64,000 nt of DNA from Nitrospirota bacterium. Its GTDB lineage: Bacteria; Nitrospirota; Nitrospiria; Nitrospirales; NS-4. The stretch spans positions 64,001-128,000 of the forward strand of contig CAWBGA010000013.1 of the NCBI GenBank assembly GCA_963788195.1, written 5' to 3'. Positions 31,050 through 42,814 of this stretch are shown one piece after another. The number at the start of each line of letters is the position of its first letter. The stretch's first letter is position 1. The position numbers were made by a program, and so were the translations under genes. Below the pieces are notes generated by a model. The model saw nothing but the letters and a program-made list of their open reading frames with translations. It was not told where the DNA came from and searched no databases.

Positions 31050-31343
31050 GAATCCTATTCTGCGTGTAATATCGAGGAGGTGTTATCATCGAGCACGACA
31101 AGCGACAGGCGCAAAAATTCCCCCAGCGAGCGCGTTCGAATCCCACCGACGGTGCCCGATGCAAACCCGCCCAGACCATCGGGTTCGAGCCACTCGGCAT
31201 CAAGATCCACGTGTAGGGGCAATCGGGCCTCGCTGCTTTCGCTATAGACCTATTGAATTGGGAAAACAAGTTTTCCTACGCTTAGCTTTGTCTTGTCGTT
31301 CCGGACCGCCGCCGATAGACTGCGGGTAGCCTGAGGAGGGTCC

Positions 31344-32255
31344 ATGCACCGGCGTTCACTCGTTGCTCAATACCTCTCAATGCTGAGCTCCGAGCGAGGG
31401 TTCTCAGTCAACACCCTTGACGCCTATCGCCAGGATCTCGAGAAGCTGGTAAGTTTTTTGCGCCAACAAGACCGCGGGGATCCTGACGGGCTTCGGCGTC
31501 GTGACGTGCCGGCGCTGTTGGCATATCTGCACAGCCACCGCCTGAGTCCTGCCTCGGTCGCGAGACATCTAGCCGCCTGGCGAGGGTTTTACCGCTTTCT
31601 GCTCAGTGAGGGACATATCCAGGAGAACCCCTTCCTGAATGTGGCGACACCCAAGCCTACCGCGCGGCTTCCAAAGCCCTTGGCTTTTGAACAGGTCGAG
31701 CGGCTCTTGGAGGCTCCCGGACAGGAGTTCAAAAGCGGGCGCCGGCAGCCTGACGTGTTGCGCGACGACGCCATGCTCGAGGTTCTCTATGCCACGGGTC
31801 TTCGCGCTACAGAATTGCTGACGTTGGAGCTGAACTCCGTCAATCTCGCGGTAGGTTTCCTGCGGGCCTTCGGCAAGGGCGCAAAGCAGCGCATCGTCCC
31901 TCTCGGCGACACAGCGGTGCTAAAACTTCGCCGGTATCTGGAGAAAGCGCGCCCCGTGCTCCTCAAGACCCGGACATCCGATCGTCTCTTTATCACGCGC
32001 TCCGGTCGAGGCATGACACGCCAGGGATTCTGGAAACTCCTCGGCCGCTATGGCCGGTCCGCGGGAATTGGGCGCCGCATCTCGCCGCACGTGTTGCGTC
32101 ACTCTTTTGCGACCCATCTTTTAGAGGGCGGCGCGGACCTGCGAGTGGTCCAGACGCTGCTTGGACACGCCGACATCGCGACGACGCAAATCTACACACG
32201 GGTTGAGCGCGAGCGCCTCAAGAAACTCCATAGCCAACACCATCCTCGGGGGTAA
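31344..32255 (+). CDS. xerD: Site-specific tyrosine recombinase XerD
   Basis: LYATGLR, GKGAKQR, HVLRHSFATHLL and LGHADIATTQIYT motifs. Confidence 0.9.
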   Translation: MHRRSLVAQYLSMLSSERGFSVNTLDAYRQDLEKLVSFLRQQDRGDPDGLRRRDVPALLAYLHSHRLSPASVARHLAAWRGFYRFLLSEGHIQENPFLNVATPKPTARLPKPLAFEQVERLLEAPGQEFKSGRRQPDVLRDDAMLEVLYATGLRATELLTLELNSVNLAVGFLRAFGKGAKQRIVPLGDTAVLKLRRYLEKARPVLLKTRTSDRLFITRSGRGMTRQGFWKLLGRYGRSAGIGRRISPHVLRHSFATHLLEGGADLRVVQTLLGHADIATTQIYTRVERERLKKLHSQHHPRG

Positions 32256-32282
32256 AACTAGTTATGGAGAGGGAGGTTTTCA

Positions 32283-32311
32283 TTGACAGTCGAAGCTGAA
32301 CTTGGTAGATT
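32283..32311 (+). promoter_or_regulatory. Sigma70 promoter of the tRNA pair
   Basis: TTGACA-N17-TAGATT. Confidence 0.65.
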
Positions 32312-32350
32312 CGCTAAACTGCTTTGGCGGTAGCGAATACGATAACATTC

Positions 32351-32427
32351 GGGCGGATAGCTCAGCTGGTCAGAGCGCTGCCCTTACAAGGCAGAGGTCA
32401 CAGGTTCGACCCCTGTTCCGCCTACCA
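32351..32427 (+). tRNA. tRNA-Val(TAC)
   Basis: Cloverleaf; anticodon arm CTGCC-CT-TAC-AA-GGCAG; CCA end. Confidence 0.97.
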
Positions 32428-32452
32428 CGGTATATAAAAAGACTTTGTTTTC

Positions 32453-32531
32453 GGGGCCGTCGTTCAGCCTGGTTTAGGACGCCAGATTGTCAATCTGGAA
32501 GTCGCGGGTTCAAATCCCGTCGGCCCCGCCA
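32453..32531 (+). tRNA. tRNA-Asp(GTC)
   Basis: Cloverleaf; anticodon arm CCAGA-TT-GTC-AA-TCTGG; CCA end. Confidence 0.97.
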
Positions 32532-32582
32532 TTTACCACCGCCGCAGGCTAACGTGGCAATGTAAGAGGTTTCACTCACACG

Positions 32583-33302
32583 ATGCTTTTTCGTTCAGGT
32601 CTGATCGGGTTACTCTCCTCTCTCAGTTTAGTTTCGAAGGTTGTCCTCGTCGTTCTGCTTGGTTTCTCGATCGTATCGTGGGCCTTAATCCTCTATAAAT
32701 GGCGCTTCTTCCGTGATCAAGAAGCCGCGGACCAGCGTTTTCTGCGGGTCTTTGAGAAAATGGATGATCCTGTCGAAGCCTTCCGAAAGGTCGACCGACA
32801 CCGGAACAGCGGGGTGGCCTCGGTCTATGCAGAAGTGGCGAAGTGCTACCAGGTTATGGGGAACGGGGCGGTCACCGGCCGGCGGATTCCTCCGGCGCCG
32901 GAGGACATTGACAAAACCCCCACGCAGCATTATCTCGAACGAGTTCTCGGTCATGCCATACAGGAACAGATCAGTCGTAACGAAACGTATCTGCCGTTTC
33001 TAGCCACGACAGGCAATATTACGCCGTTTATAGGCTTGCTGGGCACAGTCCTCGGGATCATCGATGCCTTTCGGGAGATCGGTATTCAGGGAACCGCAAG
33101 CATCGGAGCTGTGGCGCCGGGTGTCGCAGAAGCGCTGGTGGCGACGGCCGCCGGACTGTTCGCGGCGATTCCCGCAGTCATCGCGTACAATTATTTTTTG
33201 GGTCGGGTGCGTAGGCAGGCCTCGCGGATGGAGCGTTTTGGCATCGACTGGATGAATGTGCTGGAAAGCCGACGCGCGAGAGAGGCAATGAGACGACCAT
33301 GA
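32583..33302 (+). CDS. tolQ: TolQ (MotA/TolQ/ExbB family)
   Basis: PFIGLLGTVLGI and EALVATAAGL motifs; operon context. Confidence 0.9.
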   Translation: MLFRSGLIGLLSSLSLVSKVVLVVLLGFSIVSWALILYKWRFFRDQEAADQRFLRVFEKMDDPVEAFRKVDRHRNSGVASVYAEVAKCYQVMGNGAVTGRRIPPAPEDIDKTPTQHYLERVLGHAIQEQISRNETYLPFLATTGNITPFIGLLGTVLGIIDAFREIGIQGTASIGAVAPGVAEALVATAAGLFAAIPAVIAYNYFLGRVRRQASRMERFGIDWMNVLESRRAREAMRRP

Positions 33303-33723
33303 TCGAGACCGCGCGCCCGCGCTTCATGTCAGAGATCAACGTCGTGCCGCTGGTGGATGTGGTCCTTGTCCTGCTGGTCATCTTCATGGTGACAGCGCCG
33401 ATGCTCTATCGCGGGCTGGATATCAATCTTCCACGAACAGCGACGAACACGATCAAGCCGGAACAGCGGGTTGTGGTCACGGTGGAACGCAATCACCGGG
33501 TCTTATGTGGACAAGGAGGCGCTGCTCGCTGATGGAGCTTCAGCCCCGTCTGCATTCCCTGCGAGTAAGCAATCCCGAGGTATCCGTGTTTCTGCGCGCA
33601 GATCGGGACGTTCCGTATGGAATCGTCGTACAGGTTATGGACGCAATCAAAAAGGCGGGGATTGATAAACTGGGCATGGTGACGGACCCCCTTCAGGCCG
33701 AGCGTGTCGGCAGAGAGGGGTAG
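33299..33723 (+). CDS. tolR: TolR (frameshifted near 33500-33530)
   Basis: EINVVPLVDVVLVLLVIFMVTAP and LRADRDVPYG..VQVMD motifs in two frames. Confidence 0.9.
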
Positions 33724-35113
33724 ATGAGCTGGTTTCAACGTATGGACACGAGCGCCCCCATGGCGATCGGAATCCCTCCTGATATACGCCGTACTGCCGT
33801 CGTTTCGCTCGTGGGGCATCTGATGCTCTTGCTGGTCCTGGCAGCCATGCCCCTTATGAAACTACCGGCTCGAGACGCCGGTTCCTATCAAGTCGTACTC
33901 ATTTCGCCCGCTTCCGTGCGTCAGGCGACCAAGCACATCCAGCCTGCGCCCGCCTCCCAGGTTCCGAAGCCGTCCCCAACGCCTCCGCTCCAGAAAAAGG
34001 ACGCGCCATCACCGGTGAAACCCGAGATCCCGGTGCCCCCCGTTGAAAAATTGGCCGTGCGCGCGCCGCAGCCGCTCCCCAAGACAAGTTTCTCTGCTGT
34101 CCGGCCTGAGCCTGTAGCACCGACGCCGCCGCCAGCGCTGCCGAAACCTGAGCGGCTGACGGACCTGCTTCAGCAAAACATGCGGGAGATCGCGGTACCG
34201 AAGGAAGTTGCACCGGCCTCACCTCAAATTCCACAGACGCCCCGAGTCCCAAAAGCGGTCAAAAACATCGATCCTGTACAGACTCCGCAGGCGCCTCCTC
34301 TGTTGGAGGCATTCCACCGTCCCGATGTTCCGGCGGATTCGATTCCGCCTAAGGTGTCGCCGATACAGCTCCCTCGACAGGAGGTTTCTTCGAAACCTGC
34401 CTCTGACAGGGCGCTCATGGAGGCGCTTAAAAAGGCGGAGGAAACGCTTAATAAACCTGTCGCACAGGCTTCTGCCACGCCCAGTATGGCTGCCGCGTCG
34501 TCGAAGCCTTCGCGGACATCGGAAGAGGTCATGCGCGAGCTGAATCAACTGTCGGTGCCGAAAGCGCTGGGGCCGGTTACGCCCTCTCCCAAGGAAACCG
34601 AACGGGCGCAGCCTGCGGCCCCGCAGCCATCCTTCCGTGACGAAGTGACACGGATGCTCGCGCACGCCCGCCCTGTTCCGTCTCTTGAGACGCAGGTGCG
34701 GCCTCCAGCGACGAACCCCAGCGCGCCTGAGACGCCCGCCCGTCCGGAGTCGGCTGTGGCTGCGGCCGGCTCGAGTCGTGCCGCGACCCTGGAACGCTGT
34801 CCACCCAAGGCGAAGCACTATTGCCCCGTGCTCGAAGCCGCGATCAACCGGCTTTGGAATGCCGACTATAATCCTGACTCTGCGGCGGATGCTGGAATCA
34901 GCGGGAGATTCGGCCACCTTGATGATGATCGAAATTCGTCCCGATGGGATCATCCAGAACATTGCAGTGCATGAATCTTCAGGCAATAAGGGTTATGACC
35001 TGGCGATCCAGAGCCTACTGCGGGAACAAAAACAATTTCCGCCCTTGCCGGAAGAATTAAAGGGCGAGAATTTCAAGGCGATCACGACTTTCAAATACAT
35101 TCGGAAAACTTGA
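33724..35113 (+). CDS. tolA: TolA/TonB-family protein with long Pro-rich linker (frameshift near 34880)
   Basis: TM with SxxxH (SLVGH), long Pro/Ala-rich region, C-terminal ESSGNKGYD...FPPLP domain. Confidence 0.8.
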
Positions 35114-35117
35114 GCCT

Positions 35118-36443
35118 GTGGGATTCATGAACATAACAGCGCGCCCAATCCTGCTAGGGTTCACATTCGTTTGTGCGGCGCTCATAGTCGCTGCGCTGCT
35201 TTTGCCGTCGGGGGCTGTCGAGGTCTTTCTTGACGCCACCCGCGGTGAGATCAAGAAAATCCCGATCGCCGTATTCACTTTCAAGGAGAATGTGCGTTTG
35301 GACGGCGAGAACCTGACCGATGTCCTGAAGGCGGATCTTCGACGCTCCTTGCTCTTTGAGGTGCCCGACCTGAAAGCCATAGGTGTCAAGCAGGAATCGA
35401 ACTCGCGTCCCCCGGAGGATGCTATTCGTAAAGCCGGCGACGCCGGCCTGTCCGTGCAAGTGTGGGGAGGTTTTTCTCCGAAGGGAACAGAGGCCGTGCT
35501 GGAAGGCACGCTGTACGACTACCCGCGTCGGGATGAGGTGGGGGGAAAACGCTATGTCGGTCCTCCCAGCATGGCGCGCACAATGATGCACCGCTTCGCG
35601 GACGAACTCGTCTTTCAATACACGGGCGAGCAGGGCATTGCCCGCAGTTGGATTGCATTCGTGTCGGAAGTGGAGTCCGGCAAGGAACTGTTTTTAATGG
35701 ATTATGACGGGTATCATCCCCGGCGGCTCACGTATGATGCGTCCTTAAACTTGGCGCCCGCGTGGTCCCCGGACAAGCGGCGCCTGGCTTTTGTCTCGTA
35801 CCGAAACGGCGATGATCCGCAGATCGAGGAACTGAATCTCGCCACCGGCCGCCGACGGACACTCGTGTCATTTCCCAGTATGAATATCACGCCGGAATGG
35901 TCACCGGCGGGAAACGAATTGGCTTTCGCCACCACCAAGGACGGCAATTCGGAAATCTACCGGATGGACGTGTCGGGAAAGAGGTTCGAGCGGCTTACCG
36001 AGAACCGCGCTGCGGATCTGGCGCCGACATGGTCACCGACCGGCCGGGAAATCGCTTTCATTTCGGACCGCGGCGGCAGCCCGCAGATCTACCTGATGAC
36101 CTCCGACGGTTCGAACGTGCGGCGATTGACTTACGAAGGCAGCTACAATACGGCCCCGGCGTGGTCGCCCAAGGGGAACTGGATCGCGTATGTCTGCCGG
36201 GATGAGCGTAGGCTCCTCAAGATCTGTATCATCAGTCCCGATGGACAACAAGTCCGTCATTTGACCGGCGGCAACGGTAATGATGAGTCTCCTTCTTGGG
36301 CGGCTGACGGGCGCCACATTGCATTCAGTTCGACCCGCCACGGTCGCCGGGACATCTATATGATGACATTGGAAGGAACCGAGGTGGAGCGTCTGACTAC
36401 GAATGGATCGTCCAATGACGATCCTTCCTGGTCGGTCCCCTGA
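35118..36443 (+). CDS. tolB: TolB
   Basis: HRFADE motif and multiple PD40 P.WSP repeats. Confidence 0.93.
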   Translation: MGFMNITARPILLGFTFVCAALIVAALLLPSGAVEVFLDATRGEIKKIPIAVFTFKENVRLDGENLTDVLKADLRRSLLFEVPDLKAIGVKQESNSRPPEDAIRKAGDAGLSVQVWGGFSPKGTEAVLEGTLYDYPRRDEVGGKRYVGPPSMARTMMHRFADELVFQYTGEQGIARSWIAFVSEVESGKELFLMDYDGYHPRRLTYDASLNLAPAWSPDKRRLAFVSYRNGDDPQIEELNLATGRRRTLVSFPSMNITPEWSPAGNELAFATTKDGNSEIYRMDVSGKRFERLTENRAADLAPTWSPTGREIAFISDRGGSPQIYLMTSDGSNVRRLTYEGSYNTAPAWSPKGNWIAYVCRDERRLLKICIISPDGQQVRHLTGGNGNDESPSWAADGRHIAFSSTRHGRRDIYMMTLEGTEVERLTTNGSSNDDPSWSVP

Positions 36444-36483
36444 GCAGATGAGTGACAACGACAGCGAGGAGGAGATCAGAGGT

Positions 36484-37395
36484 ATGGTAAGGCGAAGCGC
36501 GATGTCAATGCAGTGGGTGATTGTGATCAGCTTAGTGGGCGTTCTGGCGATGGGCGGGTGTGCCAAGAAGAATGTCGCGGCGACGTCGACGGGAGCGGAA
36601 GGACGGCAGGGGCCTTCGAAAACGAAGGTCGCCGGGGGTCCTAAATCAGATGCAACCAGGCAACCGAGATTCAGGCGACCTAGGAAGGTCCGATAGTCCG
36701 GGATCGGGGAGGTCTGGACTCGGGGGCTCCGAACTCGAGCCCTCTCCGGGAGACCTTCGATCCGGCGGCGGAGACGCCCGAGCGTCCCTCGGCAGAAGAG
36801 GCGACTCATCCGGCGCGGAACTGATCTGCCGGGTTCCGACCAGTCGGCCAGGAGCGATACAGGATCAAAAGACCCGTCTGCCGGGGGATCGGAGTCTCCG
36901 GGTCGCTCCACTGAGTCGCTTGGGCCGATTGGAAGCGGGCCCCTTCAAGGGTTTAGCAAGGCGCCGGGCGATGAACGTCTAGGCGAATCATCGCCCTTGA
37001 TGATAGCCAAGGCGGCCCCTGATGAAGCTGACAGCCGCAAAGCGCGCGAGGATAGACGCCGGGAGTTGGCGGACATTTACTTTGCCTTTGACAAGTGGGT
37101 GCTCTCCAGCGAGGGGAAAAAAAACCTGTCGGAAAGCGCGGCGTTTTTGAAACAAAATCCGGAGGCCAAGCTCGTGATCGAAGGCTACTGCGATGAGCGG
37201 GGCAGCCGGGAGTATAATTTGGTCTTAGGGGAAAAGCGGGCAAAGGAAACGCGTAAGTTTCTGGCCGATCTCGGGATTCAGAACCCTGTCAGCGTGACCA
37301 GCTATGGCAAGGAACGGCAGGTCTGCGCCGAACGCGATGAGTCGTGCTATTGGAAAAACCGGCGCGCGCATCTTGTCATTGAAGAGGGGAAATAA
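36484..37395 (+). CDS. pal: Peptidoglycan-associated lipoprotein Pal with long Gly/Ser linker (frameshifted)
   Basis: Lipobox LAMGGC; IYFAFDK, EGYCDERGSREYN, SYGKER and NRRA motifs. Confidence 0.88.
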
Positions 37396-39199
37396 GTGAG
37401 ACACCGTCTTCCTGGAGCCGTACCTTACCTGTGTCTCTTGGTGATCGCGGCGACCCTGAGCGCCTGCGCGACCGGCCATGAGCTGCGGGAGACCTCGAAG
37501 AAGTTCGAAGACCAGACAGAGACCGTGCGAAGCTCCTTGGACAGCAAGATCGAGCAACTCAAGCGGACCCAGGTCGCGGCCGAGAAGAATCTTGCGAAAC
37601 TGGAACAGCTGATCGAAGAAAACAAGCGTGAGCAGACTCAGACCCGGGAATTGGCAGCCAAGCTGAACAGCGATGTGCGCGGCTTTCGTGAAATGGATCT
37701 CACCAAAGTCGAGGGGCGTATCGAGCGCGCGAAGCGTGACATTGAGGCGTTACAGGGAAAGGTTGAAGATCAAGTCAGCAGTTTGCAGCAAAACGCACAG
37801 CAGTGGCTGGCAACCTTGGATCAAAAGCAGTCGGCGAAGCTGGATCAGCAGGTCACGAAGGTGGACCAACAGGTGGCCAAGGTGGAAGCCCGCTTGGAGG
37901 GTCTCGACAAACGCGAAGCCGTGGCCTCCCGACGCATCGAGGAAACCTTGACGACGCTCGGAAAGAAAATCGATGAACGGTTAGGGCCGCAAGAGGCGCG
38001 GATAAAGAAGCTGGAAGACGATCAGCGCGCGGCGACCACCAAGTTCACCACCCATTTAGGGGAGGTGGATAAGAATCTTGCGCAGATCAGCGATACCGTG
38101 AAGACCGTCGGCGCCAAGCTGTCCACGCAACTTGAGCAGCAAGGCGGATCGCTCGGCAAGCTCGAGGAAGCCACGAAACAGGAGGATGCGCAGTTACGCA
38201 CGCTCGCTCCCAGAGTCGATCAACTAAAGTCGTCGCTCGGAGAACTGGCGAAGGTTCTCCACACGCTGACGGAGAAATCAAGTGAGATTGACCGTCGCGT
38301 CACGGAACTCAGCGGTCAGACCGAGGGCAAGGTCGGGGCACTTGCGGTTCAGGGAGGCGAGCAGAGCGCCAGGCTGGAGAAACTGGCCAAGCGGCTTGAG
38401 GTCGAAAATCAGGCGGTCTCCGGACATCTCAATACCGTGACCCAGAGCGTGAATGGGTTGGCAAAGTCGCTTGAAGGCGTCCAAGGGCGGGTCGGGGAGC
38501 TGCAGGGCCGTGTCGGAGACGCCTCCCGCCGTCAGGATGACACTCAGGAGGCGCGGATCGACGCCTTGACCAAGAGCCTCAATGAAACGATGACCACTGT
38601 CAATGACACGACGCGCGCCATCGGGGACCTGAAACATGCCTTGGACACATCACTAGGGAAACTTGCGTCCCGTGTTGATGAGCAAGGAGATACGTTAAAC
38701 AAGCTAGCGCTGCAGCAAGGCGTTCGGACAGTGAGCGCCACGCAAGAGAGCCAATCAGCCCGAAGCGCAACCCGGGGTAGACGGCACTGCCAAGCCCGGC
38801 GAGCCGTCCATCGTCACGCCCGGCGTACCAGCAGAAAGCGCATACGAGAAGGCCTACCAGGAGTTTCAGCAAAACCGTCATGAGAGCGCATTAGCGTTGT
38901 TTCAACAGTTCCTGAGTCAGTATCCGGATTCAAACCTTGTACCGAATGCACACTTCTGGATCGCAGAGTGTTACGTGAAGAAACGCGACTATCAGAGAAG
39001 CCTTACGGCCTACGAGCAAGTCATTCGAAACCATCCGAAGAGCGGCAAGGCCTCGATTGCTCTCTATCGCAAGGCCCTGGTTCTCCTGGAACTGAACGAT
39101 AAACCGGCGGCGAAGACGGCGCTCAAGCGACTGATCACGGATTACCCTAGGTCTGAGGAATCCAAACAGGCTCGAATAAAGCTGGGGAGCTTGCAATGA
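37396..39199 (+). CDS. Long coiled-coil lipoprotein with C-terminal CpoB/YbgF-type TPR (frameshifted near 38750-38880)
   Basis: Lipobox LSAC, over 400 aa of heptad-rich sequence, then FQQFLSQYPDSNLVPNAHFWIAE...LITDYPRS. Confidence 0.8.
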
Positions 39200-39986
39200 G
39201 GACGTTCCCACTGGTTGTGGTGGCCATGGTGCTGTGCAGTTGCGTGCCGACTGCGGATTTCACGGAACTCCGGGAGGATGTTCGGGAGGTGCAAGCCGAG
39301 AACAAGAAGCTCAGACAGACCGAGGCGGAGTTAAGAAAACGTCTGGAAGCGGCAGACCGCAATCCGCTGCCGGCAATCACGCGTCAAGCGCCTGGAGACC
39401 TTGGAGACGGCGATCGGTGATCTCAAAACGAAATATCAGGCGGTGGATCAGCGGCTTTCGTCTCTCGCTGGCACAAATTGAAGAGAATGCCCGGCAGGCC
39501 ACTGAGTCGCCTTCTCGGCCGCCCGAGGATTTTGCAACGAAGCTGACGCCCAAGCCGCAGCCTCCCGCTGCGAAGGTCCCCCAGACGGGCAGCTTTGACA
39601 ATCAGACGGTACTGACGCCCACGGCCTCCTTCAATCTCGCTTACAATGACTACCTCAAAGGCAATTATGACCTCGCCGTGGCCGGATTTGAGAGCTTTCT
39701 TCGTCAATTTCCCACGACCAGCCTCGCGGCGCACGCCCAGTATTGGATTGGGGAATCGTACTCCAATAAGCGAGAGTACCGGTCCGCCGTGGATGCCTAT
39801 GAGCGCGTGGTCAATAATTATCCGAAGAGTGACAAGGTTCCCATCGCCCTGTATAAGGCCGGGGCCGGCTACGCTGAGCTCGCGGATCTTTCGAAGGCCC
39901 GCAGCCTGTTAAAACGCGTGATCGAAGAGCATCCCCAATCCGACGAAGCGGCGCGCGCAAAGCAAAAGCTCGCCGATCTTCGATGA
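39196..39986 (+). CDS. cpoB: CpoB/YbgF Tol-Pal TPR lipoprotein (frameshifted)
   Basis: Lipobox-like [23 protein letters not shown] and [12 protein letters not shown] motifs. Confidence 0.85.
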
Positions 39987-41770
39987 GTTCAAAGATCGCG
40001 GTGCTGCCGCTCGAGGTCGCGAATCGAATCGCGGCCGGCGAAGTCGTGGAGCGGCCTTCCTCCGCGGTCAAAGAGCTTGTTGAGAACGCCATTGACGCGG
40101 GGGCCGCGCGGATTACCGTCGACGTCGCCGAGGCCGGGCGGCGGCACATACGCGTCACGGACGACGGCGAAGGCATGACGCCAGGCCGACGCCGCGCGCG
40201 CATTCCTACGCCACGCCACAAGTAAAATCAGAACCGACGCTGACCTCTTCACGATTCGCTCCCTGGGCTTTCGGGGCGAGGCCCTTCCGAGTATCGCCGC
40301 GGTCTCCCGCATACGGCTCGTAACGGCGGCCATGGGCGCTTCTTGCGGCACGGAACTTCGTCTTGAGGGGGGCTCGATCAAGGAAGAGCGCGATGCTCCC
40401 GCGCCGCCGGGGACGACTATCGAGGTCGCCGATCTTTTCTATAACACCCCGGCCCGCAAGAAATTTCTCAAGAGTCCGGCGACCGAGTTCGGACACATTT
40501 GCCAGATCGTCCAGAGGCTCGCGCTCGGTTTTCCCAACATCCACTTTCGCCTGGTGCACAACGGCGGATCGGCAATGGAGTTCCCGCCGGCGCGTTCAGC
40601 ACGAGAGCGGATCCAGCAGGTCTACGGGCTTTCGCTCGTGGAGCGTTGTGTTGACGTCGCCGACGAGGACGAGGGGCTGCGTCTGGAAGGAGTCTCGTCG
40701 AGGCCCTTGGACAGCGGCCTCTCGCGCACGCCACAAGAGATATTGGTGAATCAGCGCTGGATTAAATGCCCGGCGCTGGCGCATGCCGTCTATGAGGCCT
40801 ACGGGACATATCTTGCCAAAGGGAAACATCCGCGGTTTGTGCTTCATCTGACCATCGATCCGCGGGCTCTGGATATGAATGTCCATCCTGCGAAGCGGGA
40901 AGTGCGCTTCTCCAACCAAGAGAGCCTGCATGAGGCGGTTCGCCGCCGGATTCGGGATGCCATTAGCTCTCAAAGCTCCGTTTCAGTCAGTAATATTATT
41001 GGCTTTTCGACAGAGGATGAGGGGATGAGGTTTTCCGAGCGGTCATTGCACCCGCCCACCCAGGCCTCTGCCAAGACAGAGTCCTTTTCCCATGGACACC
41101 CGCGCCAGACACGATCCTTGGTTCCGAAGATGGTGTGGCGGAGGCCGTGCAGCCCTATCTTCCCGCGGTCGAGACGGATGTTCAGCCACTGGGGCAGATT
41201 GCGGAGCGCTACCTTGTCGCTCAGGTCGGCGGTGAACTACAGATTGTCGATCAGCACACCGCGCATGAGCGGGTGCTGTTTGAGCGACTGACCGCCGCAT
41301 TTGCGCAGGGGAATCTCACCTCACAGCAGTCATTGCTGCCGCCGCGCATTGAGGTGTCCGCAAGTGTAGCAGTGGCCATTCGGCAGCATGCCGAGGATCT
41401 TGAGCGCCTGGGGTTCGATGTTGAAGATTTCGGCGGCGGCACGTTTCTCCTGCGGGCCGTCCCGGCTTTGTTGATTCAAAATAACCTGGTCAATCCCGAA
41501 TCTATGCTGCTGGCCGTGATTGAGGATTCGGAGAATGACGTCGCCACAGGGGCATTTAAGGACCGCTTTCATGCGGCGCTGGCTTCCATGGCCTGCCATA
41601 GCGCGGTGCGGTCAGGCCGTCGAATGGAGTCCGCCGAGATCAGACAACTATTGCAAGATTGGCGTGAAGCAGGCCTTCCGAGCACCTGTCCCCATGGTCG
41701 TCGAATCGCCATGCGACTGACAATCGAAGAACTCGACCGCATTTTTGGCCGACAAGGCTGGGCGTCATGA
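39983..41770 (+). CDS. mutL: DNA mismatch repair protein MutL (frameshifted)
   Basis: [56 protein letters not shown] and CPHGR motifs. Confidence 0.95.
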
Positions 41771-42814
41771 CGGACCGTGAGACTCCCGTAAATACGTTGC
41801 CGGTGATTTTCCTGGTCGGCCCGACAGCGATTGGAAAAAGCCGGGTGGCGATTTTAGTTGCGCAGGCGCTCAAGACCGAGATCCTGACAGCCGATTCCAC
41901 TCAGGTGTACCGCGGCATGGATATCGGGACGGATAAGCCAGGCCCGGCTGATCGAGGCGACGATTCCCCACCTGCTGATCGATCTCGTAGCCCCCGACGA
42001 ACCCTTTAATGCCGGCGAGTTTCGGCGGGCCGCTTTCCGCGAGGTTTGCCGCCTGCATGCGGAAGGCCGCGTGCCACTCGTTGTCGGAGGCTCCGGTCTC
42101 TACGTGCGCACCCTCGCGTACGGTCTGTGGGAAGGTCCTCCCGCGAACTGGGATCTACGCCGCGGATGGCTCGCCGAGGAGGCAACCCAAGGGGAAGGGT
42201 ACCTCTGGGGGCGGTTGGCCGGGGTCGATCCCAAACTGGCGGCAACCCTCCACCCTCGCGACCGTCACAAGATTGTGCGAGGTTTGGAGGTTGCGGTGGA
42301 GACAGGCACGCCGCTCTCGGAATGGCATCAGCGTCACGGTTTTCGAGAGCGCCCGTTCCCTTCGATCATGATCGGATTGACGATGGACCGAGAGGCGCTC
42401 AATCGACGGATTGACGCGCGGGTGCTGCGTGAAATCGAGGACGGTCTTATCGAGGAGACCAGGCAGCTCTTGGACGCGGGGTACGGCGAAGAGTTGGGGT
42501 CCATGAAGGCCCTGGGATATCGACAGATCAGCGGGTATCTCAAGGGACGATACGACTATGACGAAGCGGTCCGGCGCTTACAGCGCGACACCCGGCGCTT
42601 CGCCAAGCGTCAAATGACGTGGTTCCGAGGCGATCCGCACGTGCACTGGTTGACGCTTGACGAGGATGAGACAGCGGAGCATGTTGCGGAACGCGTTCTC
42701 CGGCATCTGGAGGCGGCCGGCGTCTTGGGAGCTTCGCGGGTTGCCTTGAATGATGCGGAGCAAGCCCCAGTCCAGGCCCACGATTGGAGTCATCGGCGGC
42801 AGCGGCTTGTATGA
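41767..42814 (+). CDS. miaA: tRNA dimethylallyltransferase (frameshift near 41960; 3' end uncertain)
   Basis: GPTAIGKS, ADSTQVYRGMDIGTDKP, GGSGLY and TRRFAKRQMTWF motifs. Confidence 0.95.

Noticed and set aside
31134..31156. GTTCGAATCCCACC tRNA-like T-loop upstream of xerD (possible att site)
   Set aside because: The T-stem does not pair, there is no cloverleaf and no matching tRNA in the window.
32500..32521. About 21 nt of identity between tRNA-Asp and tRNA-Gly as attL/attR
   Set aside because: Ordinary T-arm conservation between two intact tRNAs.
31344..32531. Tyrosine recombinase next to tRNAs as a prophage/island integrase
   Set aside because: The sequence is a typical housekeeping XerD (about 300 aa); no att duplication or phage genes were seen.
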